The notes under the pieces are model-generated. The model worked only from the letters and a program-made list of their open reading frames with translations, was not told the DNA's origin and searched no databases. Source: a bacterium (GTDB lineage: Bacteria; RBG-13-61-14; DATKZS01). Taken from it: a stretch of DNA of 64,000 nucleotides. The stretch is from contig CAXXFL010000001.1 of NCBI GenBank assembly GCA_963674965.2, forward strand, positions 1,536,001 to 1,600,000, given 5' to 3'. Positions 30,901 to 39,592 of the stretch are shown piece after piece. Position 1 is the stretch's first letter, and each line of letters opens with the position of its first letter. The translations under genes and the position numbers were made by a program.

Positions 30901-31216
30901 CTTCTCATCCTCCTTTTACGCCGGGGTGTACTGAAATTGTAATATTGGGACCGGCTTTTTCAAAACGGACGTTAAAATCCAGCGCGGCCCGGGGCACAGC
31001 GGCTTTTCAGGGCAAGGGAAGATTATGGGATAATCCGCGCGCGGCGAAAATCAAGATGTTATTTTGGTCCCTTTCCGTCCAGTTCGATTATATCCGAATT
31101 GGCCGGCAAAAGCATAATCCAAAAATAGAACATGACTTGCCGCCGGTTCAACCGATGGTGAAAGCTTAATAACAAAAGACCATAACCTTGGATGACGGCC
31201 CGCGAACATGCCAATG

Positions 31217-31255
31217 GCCGCCCCGGTTTCAGGAGGGAATCGAAACCGGGACGGC
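31217..31255 (-). terminator. Hairpin downstream of the double-cubane protein gene
   Basis: GCCGCCCCGGTTTC/GAAACCGGGACGGC stem; no clear U tract. Confidence 0.4.
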
Positions 31256-31273
31256 TCGGCCAATAGGAGCGGA

Positions 31274-32551
31274 TTACTTTTTGATTATCTCGATGAACGC
31301 CTCGACCCTGGTCTTGAGGACCTGCATGTCCTCCATGCTGTAGTCGGTCTCGATCTTGAGCATGGGAACGCCCGCGTCTTTAAGGGCTTTTTCCACCTTG
31401 AAGGCCTCGCTGGTATAAGGCGCGCAAAACTGGAGGGCGTAGTGAATCACCCCGTCCACCTCGAGGTCTTTGGCCATTTCGACTATATGCTCGAGCCTTT
31501 CATGGTTGGGCGTAAAGCAGGCGCAGTCGATTTTCATGTACCGGTCGGCGATGGCGTCAATCATGCCGTCAAGAGTCGAGCCCGACTCGTCGACCAGGTC
31601 GCGGGTATTCCTGGTACCGATGCACGATTCCTCGCCCACGATAACGGCGCCGCTGGACTCGATCACGAAGGGCATCTTCCAGTTGGGCACGGCCATGGGA
31701 CAACCGGCGAGCATGAGGCGAGGCGTGTCCTTGGCCGCCACTCCCTCGCCCCTCGAGATTCTTCCCTCGATCTCGTCGCAAAGCTCGTTCATCTTTTGAA
31801 TGAACCTTGGCGGGTCGTCGTAAAAGGATATCTGGTTGATCAAAAGCGCGTCCCTTCCCGAAATGGGGACGGGCAAGGACTTGCGAAGGCGGTTAAGGCG
31901 CTGGAGAACCCGGCGCTTGTCGTTGACCAGCTTGATTCCGGCGGCCAGCTTTTCCGCGGTTATTTTTTTGCCCGAGAGTTCCTCCATCTTTTTGATGAAG
32001 CGCTCGATCTCGGACCTCCACATGACCCTGTCCCTCTCCTCCTTCATGTGGGGAACTTCCATGACGTAAGTTGGGCAGATATCGCTCAGGGCCTCGTAGG
32101 CCTTCTTCTTGCCGTCGCAGGTCGTTTCTCCCACCACCAGGTCGCTGGACTCGATGTAAGGGCAGAGCCCGGCCATCTTGAAGCCCATAAAGGACTTGAT
32201 CAGCGCGCAGGTGTTTCGAGGCAGCACCTCCTCGGCCTTGTCCATGCCCGCCTCGGCCCCGGCGCAAAGACCAACGCACACGCCGTCCGCCGCCACTATT
32301 ATCTCCTCGGGAACGAAAACGCAGAACGTGCCCACCACTTTACGGCCGGCTTTCTTCGCCTCCATAAGCTCCTGGATACGAAGACCATGGACCTCGGAAA
32401 GCACGAAGTCCAGATACTCGGCCCCTTTCAGACGGCCGGTCTGAGAAAGATAGATGTCCCCGTAAAACTGGCCCAGCACGGCCAGAAGCCCGTCGTGAGC
32501 GGGGATATCAAGGTTCAACTCCTTCCACATCGCCTCGTAATTTGCACTCAT
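31274..32551 (-). CDS. Double-cubane-cluster-containing reductase (2-hydroxyacyl-CoA dehydratase HgdB/FldC superfamily)
   Basis: GTFCVFVPEE, GLCAG, PRNTCALIKS, CPY, GETTCDGKKK, GCP, EESCIG, IDCACFTPN and QFC motifs. Confidence 0.88.
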   Translation of the reverse strand: MSANYEAMWKELNLDIPAHDGLLAVLGQFYGDIYLSQTGRLKGAEYLDFVLSEVHGLRIQELMEAKKAGRKVVGTFCVFVPEEIIVAADGVCVGLCAGAEAGMDKAEEVLPRNTCALIKSFMGFKMAGLCPYIESSDLVVGETTCDGKKKAYEALSDICPTYVMEVPHMKEERDRVMWRSEIERFIKKMEELSGKKITAEKLAAGIKLVNDKRRVLQRLNRLRKSLPVPISGRDALLINQISFYDDPPRFIQKMNELCDEIEGRISRGEGVAAKDTPRLMLAGCPMAVPNWKMPFVIESSGAVIVGEESCIGTRNTRDLVDESGSTLDGMIDAIADRYMKIDCACFTPNHERLEHIVEMAKDLEVDGVIHYALQFCAPYTSEAFKVEKALKDAGVPMLKIETDYSMEDMQVLKTRVEAFIEIIKK

Positions 32552-32573
32552 TTTTTCTCTCCTTTCGATTACT

Positions 32574-32594
32574 AAAGCCGGGAAGTCTCCGGCT
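32574..32594 (-). terminator. Terminator-like hairpin in the 5' leader of the double-cubane gene
   Basis: Minus strand AGCCGG-AGACTTC-CCGGCT then TT; short U tract; lies just upstream of the AAGGAG RBS. Confidence 0.4.
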
Positions 32595-32609
32595 GATAAG
32601 CGTTTTTCG

Positions 32610-32811
32610 CCTGGAGAGAATGACTTGATCAGTTAATTACGACGGTTTCGATGGACGAGGAGAACAAATTACATGAAGGGCGAACGGTCCTGGCGGAGCG
32701 CGGGTTCAATTGGCGTTTAGTCTTCCAGGAAGAACGCTGGTAATCGTCTCGTCGCGAGATTTTGCTCATGGCAAAATACTCGCCGCCAACGAAACCGGCC
32801 ATCCTTCCAGG
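32610..32811 (-). ncRNA. Unidentified ~200-nt multi-stem structured RNA (riboswitch or ncRNA candidate)
   Basis: Nested long-range stems 32798-32811/32610-32624, 32786-32797/32643-32654 and 32740-32752/32655-32672; hairpins 32754-32783, 32713-32737 and 32682-32707; several mismatches become G-U pairs on the minus strand. Confidence 0.6.
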
Positions 32812-32861
32812 ACGACTTGAATTATTCTAGGTCAAACTCGGCTCCTTTCTTCGACTTTTAC

Positions 32862-32890
32862 ATATTATCTCGGAATCCGGGAGCTTTCAA
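32862..32890 (-). promoter_or_regulatory. Putative sigma70 promoter upstream of the structured leader
   Basis: Minus strand TTGAAA-17 nt-TAATAT. Confidence 0.55.
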
Positions 32891-32896
32891 ATCGGG

Positions 32897-34564
32897 CTAT
32901 CCGCCGAGGCATTTTTTCGGCGGGTCTTCCTTTTCCTTTCTTCGGCGAAGTATCCTTTCGTAAACAAGGGCCATGCATACAAGGCCGAAAACGATCCAGG
33001 CGAAGACGTCTCCTATCCTGGTGTAAATGGAATGAATCGACGAGGTCTTGACGCTCCCGTTAAAAGAGGCTTTTTCATAGATGGGCGTGGAGACGATTAT
33101 CCTTCCCACCGGGTCCACTATGGAGGACACGCCCGTGTTGGCGGCCCTGGCGTAATAAACGCGGTTCTCGACGGCGCGGAAGACAACGGCCGCGTGGTGC
33201 TGGTAAGGCGCGCCGGTCTTGCCGAACCAGGCGTCGTTGGTAATGGTGGTCATGAAGACGGCGCCTTTATTGACCAGCTTGCGGTTTATGTCGGGGAAGA
33301 TGACCTCATAGCAGATAACGCAACCGAAGTAGCCGTCGGGCAGGGGAAATATTTTAAGTTCCTCCCCCGGCGTGGTGCTTCCCGTGTTGCCCTGGGCGAT
33401 GGCGTCGGCGAAGAAAAAGAGACTGGCGTAGGGAACGTACTCCCCGAACGGCACCAGGTGAGTTTTGTCGTACCTTCCCAGGTTTTCCCTCGCGAAGGGA
33501 GAAAGCAGATAGGCGCTGTTATAGCCGTATCTTTTCTCTCCCTCCCGTCTTACGCTGAGAGAGCCCGTCAGCAGGTAGGCGTCTATCCCCGAGATATAGT
33601 CGATGAGAAAGCTTCGCCTCTCCCAGTGCTCGTTGAAATTTCCCACCGTAATAGCGGCCTCCGGCCAGATTACAAGGCGCGGGCGCCCGGCCATGAGCCC
33701 GCGCGTTAAGTCCAGGTGGTCGTCAAGGGACTTGTAGAAGTTGTCCCGCTCCCACTTCACGGCCTGGTCCACGTTGGCCTGGACCACGCCTATCTTGATC
33801 TCGGGCCGCCCGGCGAAGGCGGCGTCCACCGATTTGATACGGACCTGCCCATAGGCGAGCGCCAGAAGAAAAAGAAGGAGCGCGGGAGCCGCGGGAAGGA
33901 GGGCGGCCTTAAGGCTTTTGGCCTTGCCCGGGGCCGGGGAGGGGACCCGCGCCTCAAGGCCGGGAACGGCGGAGCCTACTCTTATCGAACCCTCGAGTCC
34001 CATGCCCCGCGCCAACAGGTGGGCCAGGGACGCGTTGACGAGAACGATTAAAAAAGTCAATCCATATACGCCGAAAACGTCGGTCATCTGGATGATGGGA
34101 AGGAATTTATACTGGGAATGGGCCAGGAACGCCCAGGGGAAACCGCCGAAGGGGACATGGCCGCGCAAAAGCTCGATCGCGGTCCAGGCCGCCGGGGCCG
34201 AAAGTAGCGGAGGGACTCCAAGACCGTTCTCCAGCTTGTAACGGATAATGCCGAACAGGCCCAGAAAAGCCGACAGGGTAAGCGCCATGGCGAAAAGAAC
34301 GAAGATGGAAATACCGTAGCCCATGCCGGCGTAAACGTGAAAGGTGTGAATGAGCCAATGGAAGGTCGTCGGGTATCCGGTAAGGCCCAGACAGCCGGAG
34401 ATGAGAGCGGCGTGACCGGCCGAGCGGGCTTCCCGCAGTCCGAAGAAAAGCGGAACCATGAAAAGCCACGCCAGCGGCCAAAGGTGGACACCCAAAATAT
34501 TGGGAAAAAGGAAAAAATAAAGGACCCCGCTGAGTCCCGCGAGCAGATAGGGCTTGAACCTCAA
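32897..34564 (-). CDS. lnt: Apolipoprotein N-acyltransferase
   Basis: GGFPW, VQANV, WPEAA, YDKTHLVPFGEYVP, ICYEV, TNDAWFG and RAANTGVS. Confidence 0.96.
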   Translation of the reverse strand: MRFKPYLLAGLSGVLYFFLFPNILGVHLWPLAWLFMVPLFFGLREARSAGHAALISGCLGLTGYPTTFHWLIHTFHVYAGMGYGISIFVLFAMALTLSAFLGLFGIIRYKLENGLGVPPLLSAPAAWTAIELLRGHVPFGGFPWAFLAHSQYKFLPIIQMTDVFGVYGLTFLIVLVNASLAHLLARGMGLEGSIRVGSAVPGLEARVPSPAPGKAKSLKAALLPAAPALLLFLLALAYGQVRIKSVDAAFAGRPEIKIGVVQANVDQAVKWERDNFYKSLDDHLDLTRGLMAGRPRLVIWPEAAITVGNFNEHWERRSFLIDYISGIDAYLLTGSLSVRREGEKRYGYNSAYLLSPFARENLGRYDKTHLVPFGEYVPYASLFFFADAIAQGNTGSTTPGEELKIFPLPDGYFGCVICYEVIFPDINRKLVNKGAVFMTTITNDAWFGKTGAPYQHHAAVVFRAVENRVYYARAANTGVSSIVDPVGRIIVSTPIYEKASFNGSVKTSSIHSIYTRIGDVFAWIVFGLVCMALVYERILRRRKEKEDPPKKCLGG

Positions 34565-35010
34565 GAATCTTCCTCCATTCTCGCCAGCTCGGCCAGGATC
34601 GAGCGCTCCTTCTTTTTCATCTTGGCGGATTGCGCTCCGCCGCGTACATGATCGTATCCGAGGAGGTGGAGCACGCCATGGACCAACAGGGCGTCGATTT
34701 CCGCCTCGAGGGTATGGCCAATTTTATCGGCTTGCCTCTTGGCGGCGTCCAGTGAAATAACCACGTCTCCGATGAAGTCGGTTGGAAACCTCTCCCCCTC
34801 GAGTTGGCTGAAGGACAAAACGTCGGTGGGGGCGTCCACGTGGCGCCACTCGAGGTTGAGTTTCCTGATGGTTTCGTCGTCCGTAAGCAGGAGGCTGACT
34901 GATCGGTCTTCACATTCCAAGACGCTTAATATGGTCTTCAGGCTCTTCCGAATCCTTCTTACGCTCGTCCTTGCCCTCGGCTTTCCCTCTTTCCTTATTT
35001 CCAGCCCCAT
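34561..35010 (-). CDS. ybeY: rRNA maturation endoribonuclease YbeY
   Basis: PTDVLSF, GDVVIS and HGVLHLLGYDH. Confidence 0.95.
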   Translation of the reverse strand: MGLEIRKEGKPRARTSVRRIRKSLKTILSVLECEDRSVSLLLTDDETIRKLNLEWRHVDAPTDVLSFSQLEGERFPTDFIGDVVISLDAAKRQADKIGHTLEAEIDALLVHGVLHLLGYDHVRGGAQSAKMKKKERSILAELARMEEDS

Positions 35011-37438
35011 CTTGTTCCGCCTTTTTCTTTTTTTCCTGGGCCACCTTCGCCGCGGGCTGGGGGTAATCGGGCCTTTGATGGTATATGGCCCCCAGCGTCG
35101 TGTTGAAAGACCTGGCGATCTCGTGCAGGTTCTTAAGGGACAGGTCGCACTCGTCGAGCTGGCCGTCGATAAAAAACCGGTTGATCTGTTTTTGTACCAG
35201 TCCCTGCAACTGCGCCGCGTTCGGGTTCCGCAGGGTCCGGGCCGCCGACTCGACCACGTCGGCCAGCATCAGGATGGCCGTCTCCCTGGTTTGGGGCTTG
35301 GGTCCGGGATACCGGAAATCGGTTTCCTCCACCGGCACGCCCGTCTCGTTCAGTTCCTTGGCCTTCTCGTAAAAGAAATTCAAAAGCCCGGTCCCGTGGT
35401 GCTCGCGAATGGCGCTTATCACCATCTCGGGAAGGTTGTGGTTCTCGCCCATTTCCACTCCGTCCTTGACGTGGGAGTGGATGATCAGGGTGGACATGGA
35501 GGGCGAAAGACGGTCGTGGGCGTTGCTTCCGTCCCATTGGTTCTCGGCGAAGTACAAGGGCTTGTTCATTTTGCCGATGTCGTGGTACATGGCGCAGACC
35601 CTGGCCAGTAGTGGGTTGGCCCCGATCGACTTGGCCGCGGCCTCGGCCAGGTTGGCCACCATCAGGCTATGCTGGTGCGTTCCCGGGGCCCTGAGCGAGA
35701 GGTCCTTTAACAGGGGATGGTCCTGGTTCAATAGCTCCAGGAGCTTGATGTCGGTGGCGTAACCGAAAAGGCTCTCGGCCACCGGGACCAGCCCCGTAAC
35801 GATTATGGCCGTGAAAACGCCTCCCGCCAGGCCGAAGACGCCGTTTAAAATGATCACGTTAATAAGCGCGCCGTCCAGGTTGAGGAGCTTCACGTTGATC
35901 ATGCTGATCACGAGGATGAGGAGGAAATTGACCAGGCCCAGCTTGACGCCCGCCGTGATAATGGCGGACCTTTGCCTGCATTGTCTTACCTCGCCCGCGG
36001 CCACGGTGGCCCCGATCATGGTATAAAGGGCGAAGGTCACGCTGTTGTCGGCCACCATTCCCCCCAGGGCCGACAGGATCACGGCGAAGATAAGGGAAAC
36101 CTCGGAGTTGAGCACCATCCTCACCAGCATGGCCGCGGCGGCGAGAGGAACAAGATAGAAAAAGTTTACGCCCTCGCCCAGGTCGTAAAGCTCCTTGATG
36201 GCCGGACCGCCGAAGAGCTCCGTCAGCTTAAGCGCGCCAAGGGCCAGCACCATGGTCAGGCCGAGAAAAATAAAGTCCTTGGGCTCGAGGAAGAATTTCC
36301 TGATGTTTTTCCTCGAGAATGAAACCAGGGAGGCGTTAAATAAAATGATCAGTGATACCAGCCCGAATTCCTCGAAGCCCCGCGTGGTCGGGCTGGTCCG
36401 CGCCGCCAGTATAATGTCGATTTTCTTTTTCTTTTCCTCGGTGATCCGGTCCCCGGAGCGGGCGATTACCTCGCCCTTGGTAAACTTGTAGTAAATGGGT
36501 TTAACCGACTCCCGGGCCTCGGCCTTGGCCTCCTCCGTCTTGTCCTTGTTAAAGGTGAGGTTGGGGTCGAGAAGGCCCTTGGCCATCCGAGCGACCAGGT
36601 CTTTTTCCTCGGCGCTGAGCTTTTCAATATCCTTGGTTACCGACTTCTCCACCATCTCCTGGCCGATCCCGAGGTCTATTACCTGCTCGAGGTTGGCTAT
36701 CTTGACGGACGGCTTGTCCGCCGGCGCGTTGATGGTCCGAGCCAGGATGCCCTTTTCCCTGTCCTTGAGCAGGAGTTCCCTGTTGGGCACCACGTATCTT
36801 TTCGAGCCCGGCTCGCCCGCGTAGACCACGTCGATGAGCTTGAGCGTGGCTTTTTCCAGGTCGGGGGAGAAGTGATATTTCTTAAGCGCCTCGAGGTCGT
36901 CCGTCGAGAGGGCCAGGCCCAGGGACTTGAGAAGTTCCTGTTCCTTTTCCGGCCTGAAGGCGGGAGGAACGGCGATGGGGGTTTCCGGCTCGAGGACCGT
37001 GTCGCCTTCCAGGATTTCGGGTATTTCCGGCTCGGGCGGATAAAGCTCTCGAAAGCCGTTGTAAAACTGGGAAACGCTCGACTTGATCGCGTCAGACACG
37101 GCCGGGTCCCAGTCATAAACGCTAAGCGTCCTGGCCTCGGCCTCGGCCCTGTTCTTTTCGGTTCCCTCCTCGTCGATCACCTCCTGATCGCGGGGGATTT
37201 TAAAGTCGCGCAGGGCAATGGGAGGATCGGAGTTGGAATAAACGGCGCGGTCGATTTTTTCCCTGGGATGGCTGATGATGAAAAGGATGGCCATGGCGCA
37301 AAGGACGTTAATGATCCAGGCGACGGTAATGGGCCGGAAAAGGGCCAAGGCCCTTCTAAGCCTGTGGCGGGGACGCCTGGACTCGCCGGACAGCTCCAAC
37401 GAGGAAAGCTTCCCGGCCTTATCACCGTTCTTGGCCAT
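34910..37438 (-). CDS. 7TM-HD (HDIG) phosphohydrolase, PgpH-like
   Basis: Extracellular domain, multiple TM helices, APGTHQHS, YHDIGK, EHHGT, FRYPGPKP and LADVVE. Confidence 0.92.
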   Translation of the reverse strand: MAKNGDKAGKLSSLELSGESRRPRHRLRRALALFRPITVAWIINVLCAMAILFIISHPREKIDRAVYSNSDPPIALRDFKIPRDQEVIDEEGTEKNRAEAEARTLSVYDWDPAVSDAIKSSVSQFYNGFRELYPPEPEIPEILEGDTVLEPETPIAVPPAFRPEKEQELLKSLGLALSTDDLEALKKYHFSPDLEKATLKLIDVVYAGEPGSKRYVVPNRELLLKDREKGILARTINAPADKPSVKIANLEQVIDLGIGQEMVEKSVTKDIEKLSAEEKDLVARMAKGLLDPNLTFNKDKTEEAKAEARESVKPIYYKFTKGEVIARSGDRITEEKKKKIDIILAARTSPTTRGFEEFGLVSLIILFNASLVSFSRKNIRKFFLEPKDFIFLGLTMVLALGALKLTELFGGPAIKELYDLGEGVNFFYLVPLAAAAMLVRMVLNSEVSLIFAVILSALGGMVADNSVTFALYTMIGATVAAGEVRQCRQRSAIITAGVKLGLVNFLLILVISMINVKLLNLDGALINVIILNGVFGLAGGVFTAIIVTGLVPVAESLFGYATDIKLLELLNQDHPLLKDLSLRAPGTHQHSLMVANLAEAAAKSIGANPLLARVCAMYHDIGKMNKPLYFAENQWDGSNAHDRLSPSMSTLIIHSHVKDGVEMGENHNLPEMVISAIREHHGTGLLNFFYEKAKELNETGVPVEETDFRYPGPKPQTRETAILMLADVVESAARTLRNPNAAQLQGLVQKQINRFFIDGQLDECDLSLKNLHEIARSFNTTLGAIYHQRPDYPQPAAKVAQEKKKKAEQDGAGNKERGKAEGKDERKKDSEEPEDHIKRLGM

Positions 37439-38423
37439 CTCCCTCCTCCTCGACTACCTCTTCGTCGGATTTCTTGTCCTCATCCTCGTAGGCCCGGATG
37501 ATCTTTTGTACCAGGGGGTGTCTTACCACGTCCTTTTCCGTGAACTCCACGAAGTTAATGCCCTCGATGCCCGAGAGGATTACCTTGGCGTGTTTGAGAC
37601 CCGACCTGGCTCCGCGGGGAAGGTCGATCTGGGTCACGTCTCCCGTCACCACCGCCATCGAGTCGAACCCCAGCCGGGTAAGAAACATTTTCATCTGGGC
37701 CCGCGTGGTGTTCTGCGCCTCGTCGAGGATAACGAAGGCCTTGTTCAGACTCCTTCCCCGCATGAAGGCGAGAGGCGCGACTTCTATGACTCCCCTTTCC
37801 ATCAGCATGGTCGCCTTTTCAATATCTATCATATCATAAAGAGCGTCATAAAGCGGCCTTAAATAGGGCGAGACCTTTTCCACCATGTCGCCGGGAAGAA
37901 ATCCCAGCCGCTCGCCGGCCTCGACCGCCGGCCGGGTCAGGATGATCCTGGCCACCTGGCCGTTCATCAGGGCCTGGACCGCCATGGCCATGGCAAGATA
38001 GGTCTTGCCCGTCCCGGCCGGACCGATGGCGAAGACCACGTCGTTTGTCTCGATGGCCTCGATAAAACGTTTTTGCGCGACCCCTTTAGCCACGATGGGC
38101 TTCCTGGTCCCGCCCAAGGAAACTCCCTTTTGGTAAAGCCGGTCCAGCCTTACCTTCGGGTCGCCCTCCACCAGGCGGAAGGCCGGCTCGATGTCGGAGA
38201 GCTCGATGTGGTACCCACGTTTAATCAGCCGGGAAAGTTCTCTTATCAGCCTCTCGACCGTGACGACCTGGTTTTCCTGGCCAAGAACGTCCACCACGTT
38301 TCCTCTCGCGCGTATATCGACGGAGGACAAATCCTCGATTCTCTTCAAGTGTTTGTGATGCTCTCCGAAAAGAGAGCGAGCCAACTCGTTGTCCTCCAGC
38401 ACTATCCGTCTAGTCGTTTCCAT
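37422..38423 (-). CDS. phoH: PhoH-family ATPase
   Basis: GPAGTGKT, RPAVEAGERLGFLPG, DEAQN and DVVRHPLV. Confidence 0.96.
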   Translation of the reverse strand: METTRRIVLEDNELARSLFGEHHKHLKRIEDLSSVDIRARGNVVDVLGQENQVVTVERLIRELSRLIKRGYHIELSDIEPAFRLVEGDPKVRLDRLYQKGVSLGGTRKPIVAKGVAQKRFIEAIETNDVVFAIGPAGTGKTYLAMAMAVQALMNGQVARIILTRPAVEAGERLGFLPGDMVEKVSPYLRPLYDALYDMIDIEKATMLMERGVIEVAPLAFMRGRSLNKAFVILDEAQNTTRAQMKMFLTRLGFDSMAVVTGDVTQIDLPRGARSGLKHAKVILSGIEGINFVEFTEKDVVRHPLVQKIIRAYEDEDKKSDEEVVEEEGDGQER

Positions 38424-38485
38424 GCGTATGGTTTTTTCTACCCCCAGGTCCGCTCGGCCGCCCGGCCGTAAGCTTTGCGCCGCGC

Positions 38486-39589
38486 CTATTCGGGTTCGCT
38501 TTTTCGCTCGCCCTCTGGAATCGGCGCTATAAGCCGCGCTCTTTTTCCGTCCTCATCCACCTCGTATTCCATGTCTCCCCAGGCGGTCTTGACGTCCTTT
38601 TCGCTTATTTTGCCTTCCTCTACCAGTCGCTGAAGCGTTTCCGGGTAAAAACCGCGCTCGGCCGCGTATTCCGACAGGGCTTCTCCTACCACGTCCTTTT
38701 TATAAAGGGTCCACAGGGTCTCCACTGCCGCGTTTCCTGGCTCCTCTATGTCTGGATGAAAGGTCCTTTCGAGCATCCGGTAAGAGCCCGTTCCCAAAGC
38801 CGCCAAACCGACGATAATGATGATAACCGAAGCGGCCGTCATCGCCAGGGCTACCATATCTCTTTGTTTTTCCTCGCTCTCCGCGGCTACCAGCTTGACC
38901 CGGCCCTCCTCGATCAACTCCTTTAGTATCTTGAGGGTTTCGAACCTGCCCATGCGGGTCAGGAAAACGACGTCGTCGGCCGAGCGGGAACCGTTAATGA
39001 GCCTGTAAACCTGATTGGACTCCTCGCTCAGCCTGCTTTCCGGGCCGAATTCCCCCGGGACCTTGGCCAGGGCGGTGAGGGGGTTGGGGATGGCCTTCTC
39101 GATCAGGGGCCATTCGTCCTTTATGCGGTAGCCGTCCATGAGGACCTGCTCGGAGGCAATGGGGGTGGTCCATTGCTGAGGGTAAGTAACCGGACCCGAC
39201 TCGAACGAATAGTTGCCTTCGGTCCATAAAAAAAGGCTGTAGATGGTCTCGAGGTTGGCCAGGGTTACCATCCTGGTCAACTCGTCTATCTCGATTTCGC
39301 CCGAGTTGAGAAGTACCTGCTCGAGGGGTTTAAGACTATGCTGGGCCTCCTTGCGGGCCGCGTTCATCTTTTCCTCCGGAATCATGCCCGACCTTGCCAG
39401 CATGGTCGCCAGGTCGAAAGATTCCTTGAAGGGGTCGTGACGGGCGAGCACGATGTTGCCCTGGTCTATCAGTATCTCGACCTTCCTCGACTTGTCCTCC
39501 ACGAGAAGGACCCCGCTTTTCTTCTGGTGACCGATCATCTGAAGAATCTCGGAAATGCCGAAGTCCCTCACGCTGCCCGTTAAAGCCAA
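38486..39589 (-). CDS. DUF4388 (PATAN-like) domain membrane protein
   Basis: MALTGSVRDFGISEILQMIG...KSGVL and LFLWTEGNYSF; one TM helix; C-terminal YPETLQRLVEEG segment. Confidence 0.8.
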   Translation of the reverse strand: MALTGSVRDFGISEILQMIGHQKKSGVLLVEDKSRKVEILIDQGNIVLARHDPFKESFDLATMLARSGMIPEEKMNAARKEAQHSLKPLEQVLLNSGEIEIDELTRMVTLANLETIYSLFLWTEGNYSFESGPVTYPQQWTTPIASEQVLMDGYRIKDEWPLIEKAIPNPLTALAKVPGEFGPESRLSEESNQVYRLINGSRSADDVVFLTRMGRFETLKILKELIEEGRVKLVAAESEEKQRDMVALAMTAASVIIIIVGLAALGTGSYRMLERTFHPDIEEPGNAAVETLWTLYKKDVVGEALSEYAAERGFYPETLQRLVEEGKISEKDVKTAWGDMEYEVDEDGKRARLIAPIPEGERKSEPE

Positions 39590-39592
39590 AAG

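Noticed and set aside
32610-32811. Identification of the structured RNA as 6S RNA or a retron msr-msd
   Set aside because: The fold is multi-branched with only a one-sided bulge and lacks the usual zapA/ygfA context; there is no reverse transcriptase in the window.
34910-35010. 101-nt overlap between the HD hydrolase and ybeY, possibly a frameshift
   Set aside because: Both proteins are complete; the overlap encodes a low-complexity charged tail.
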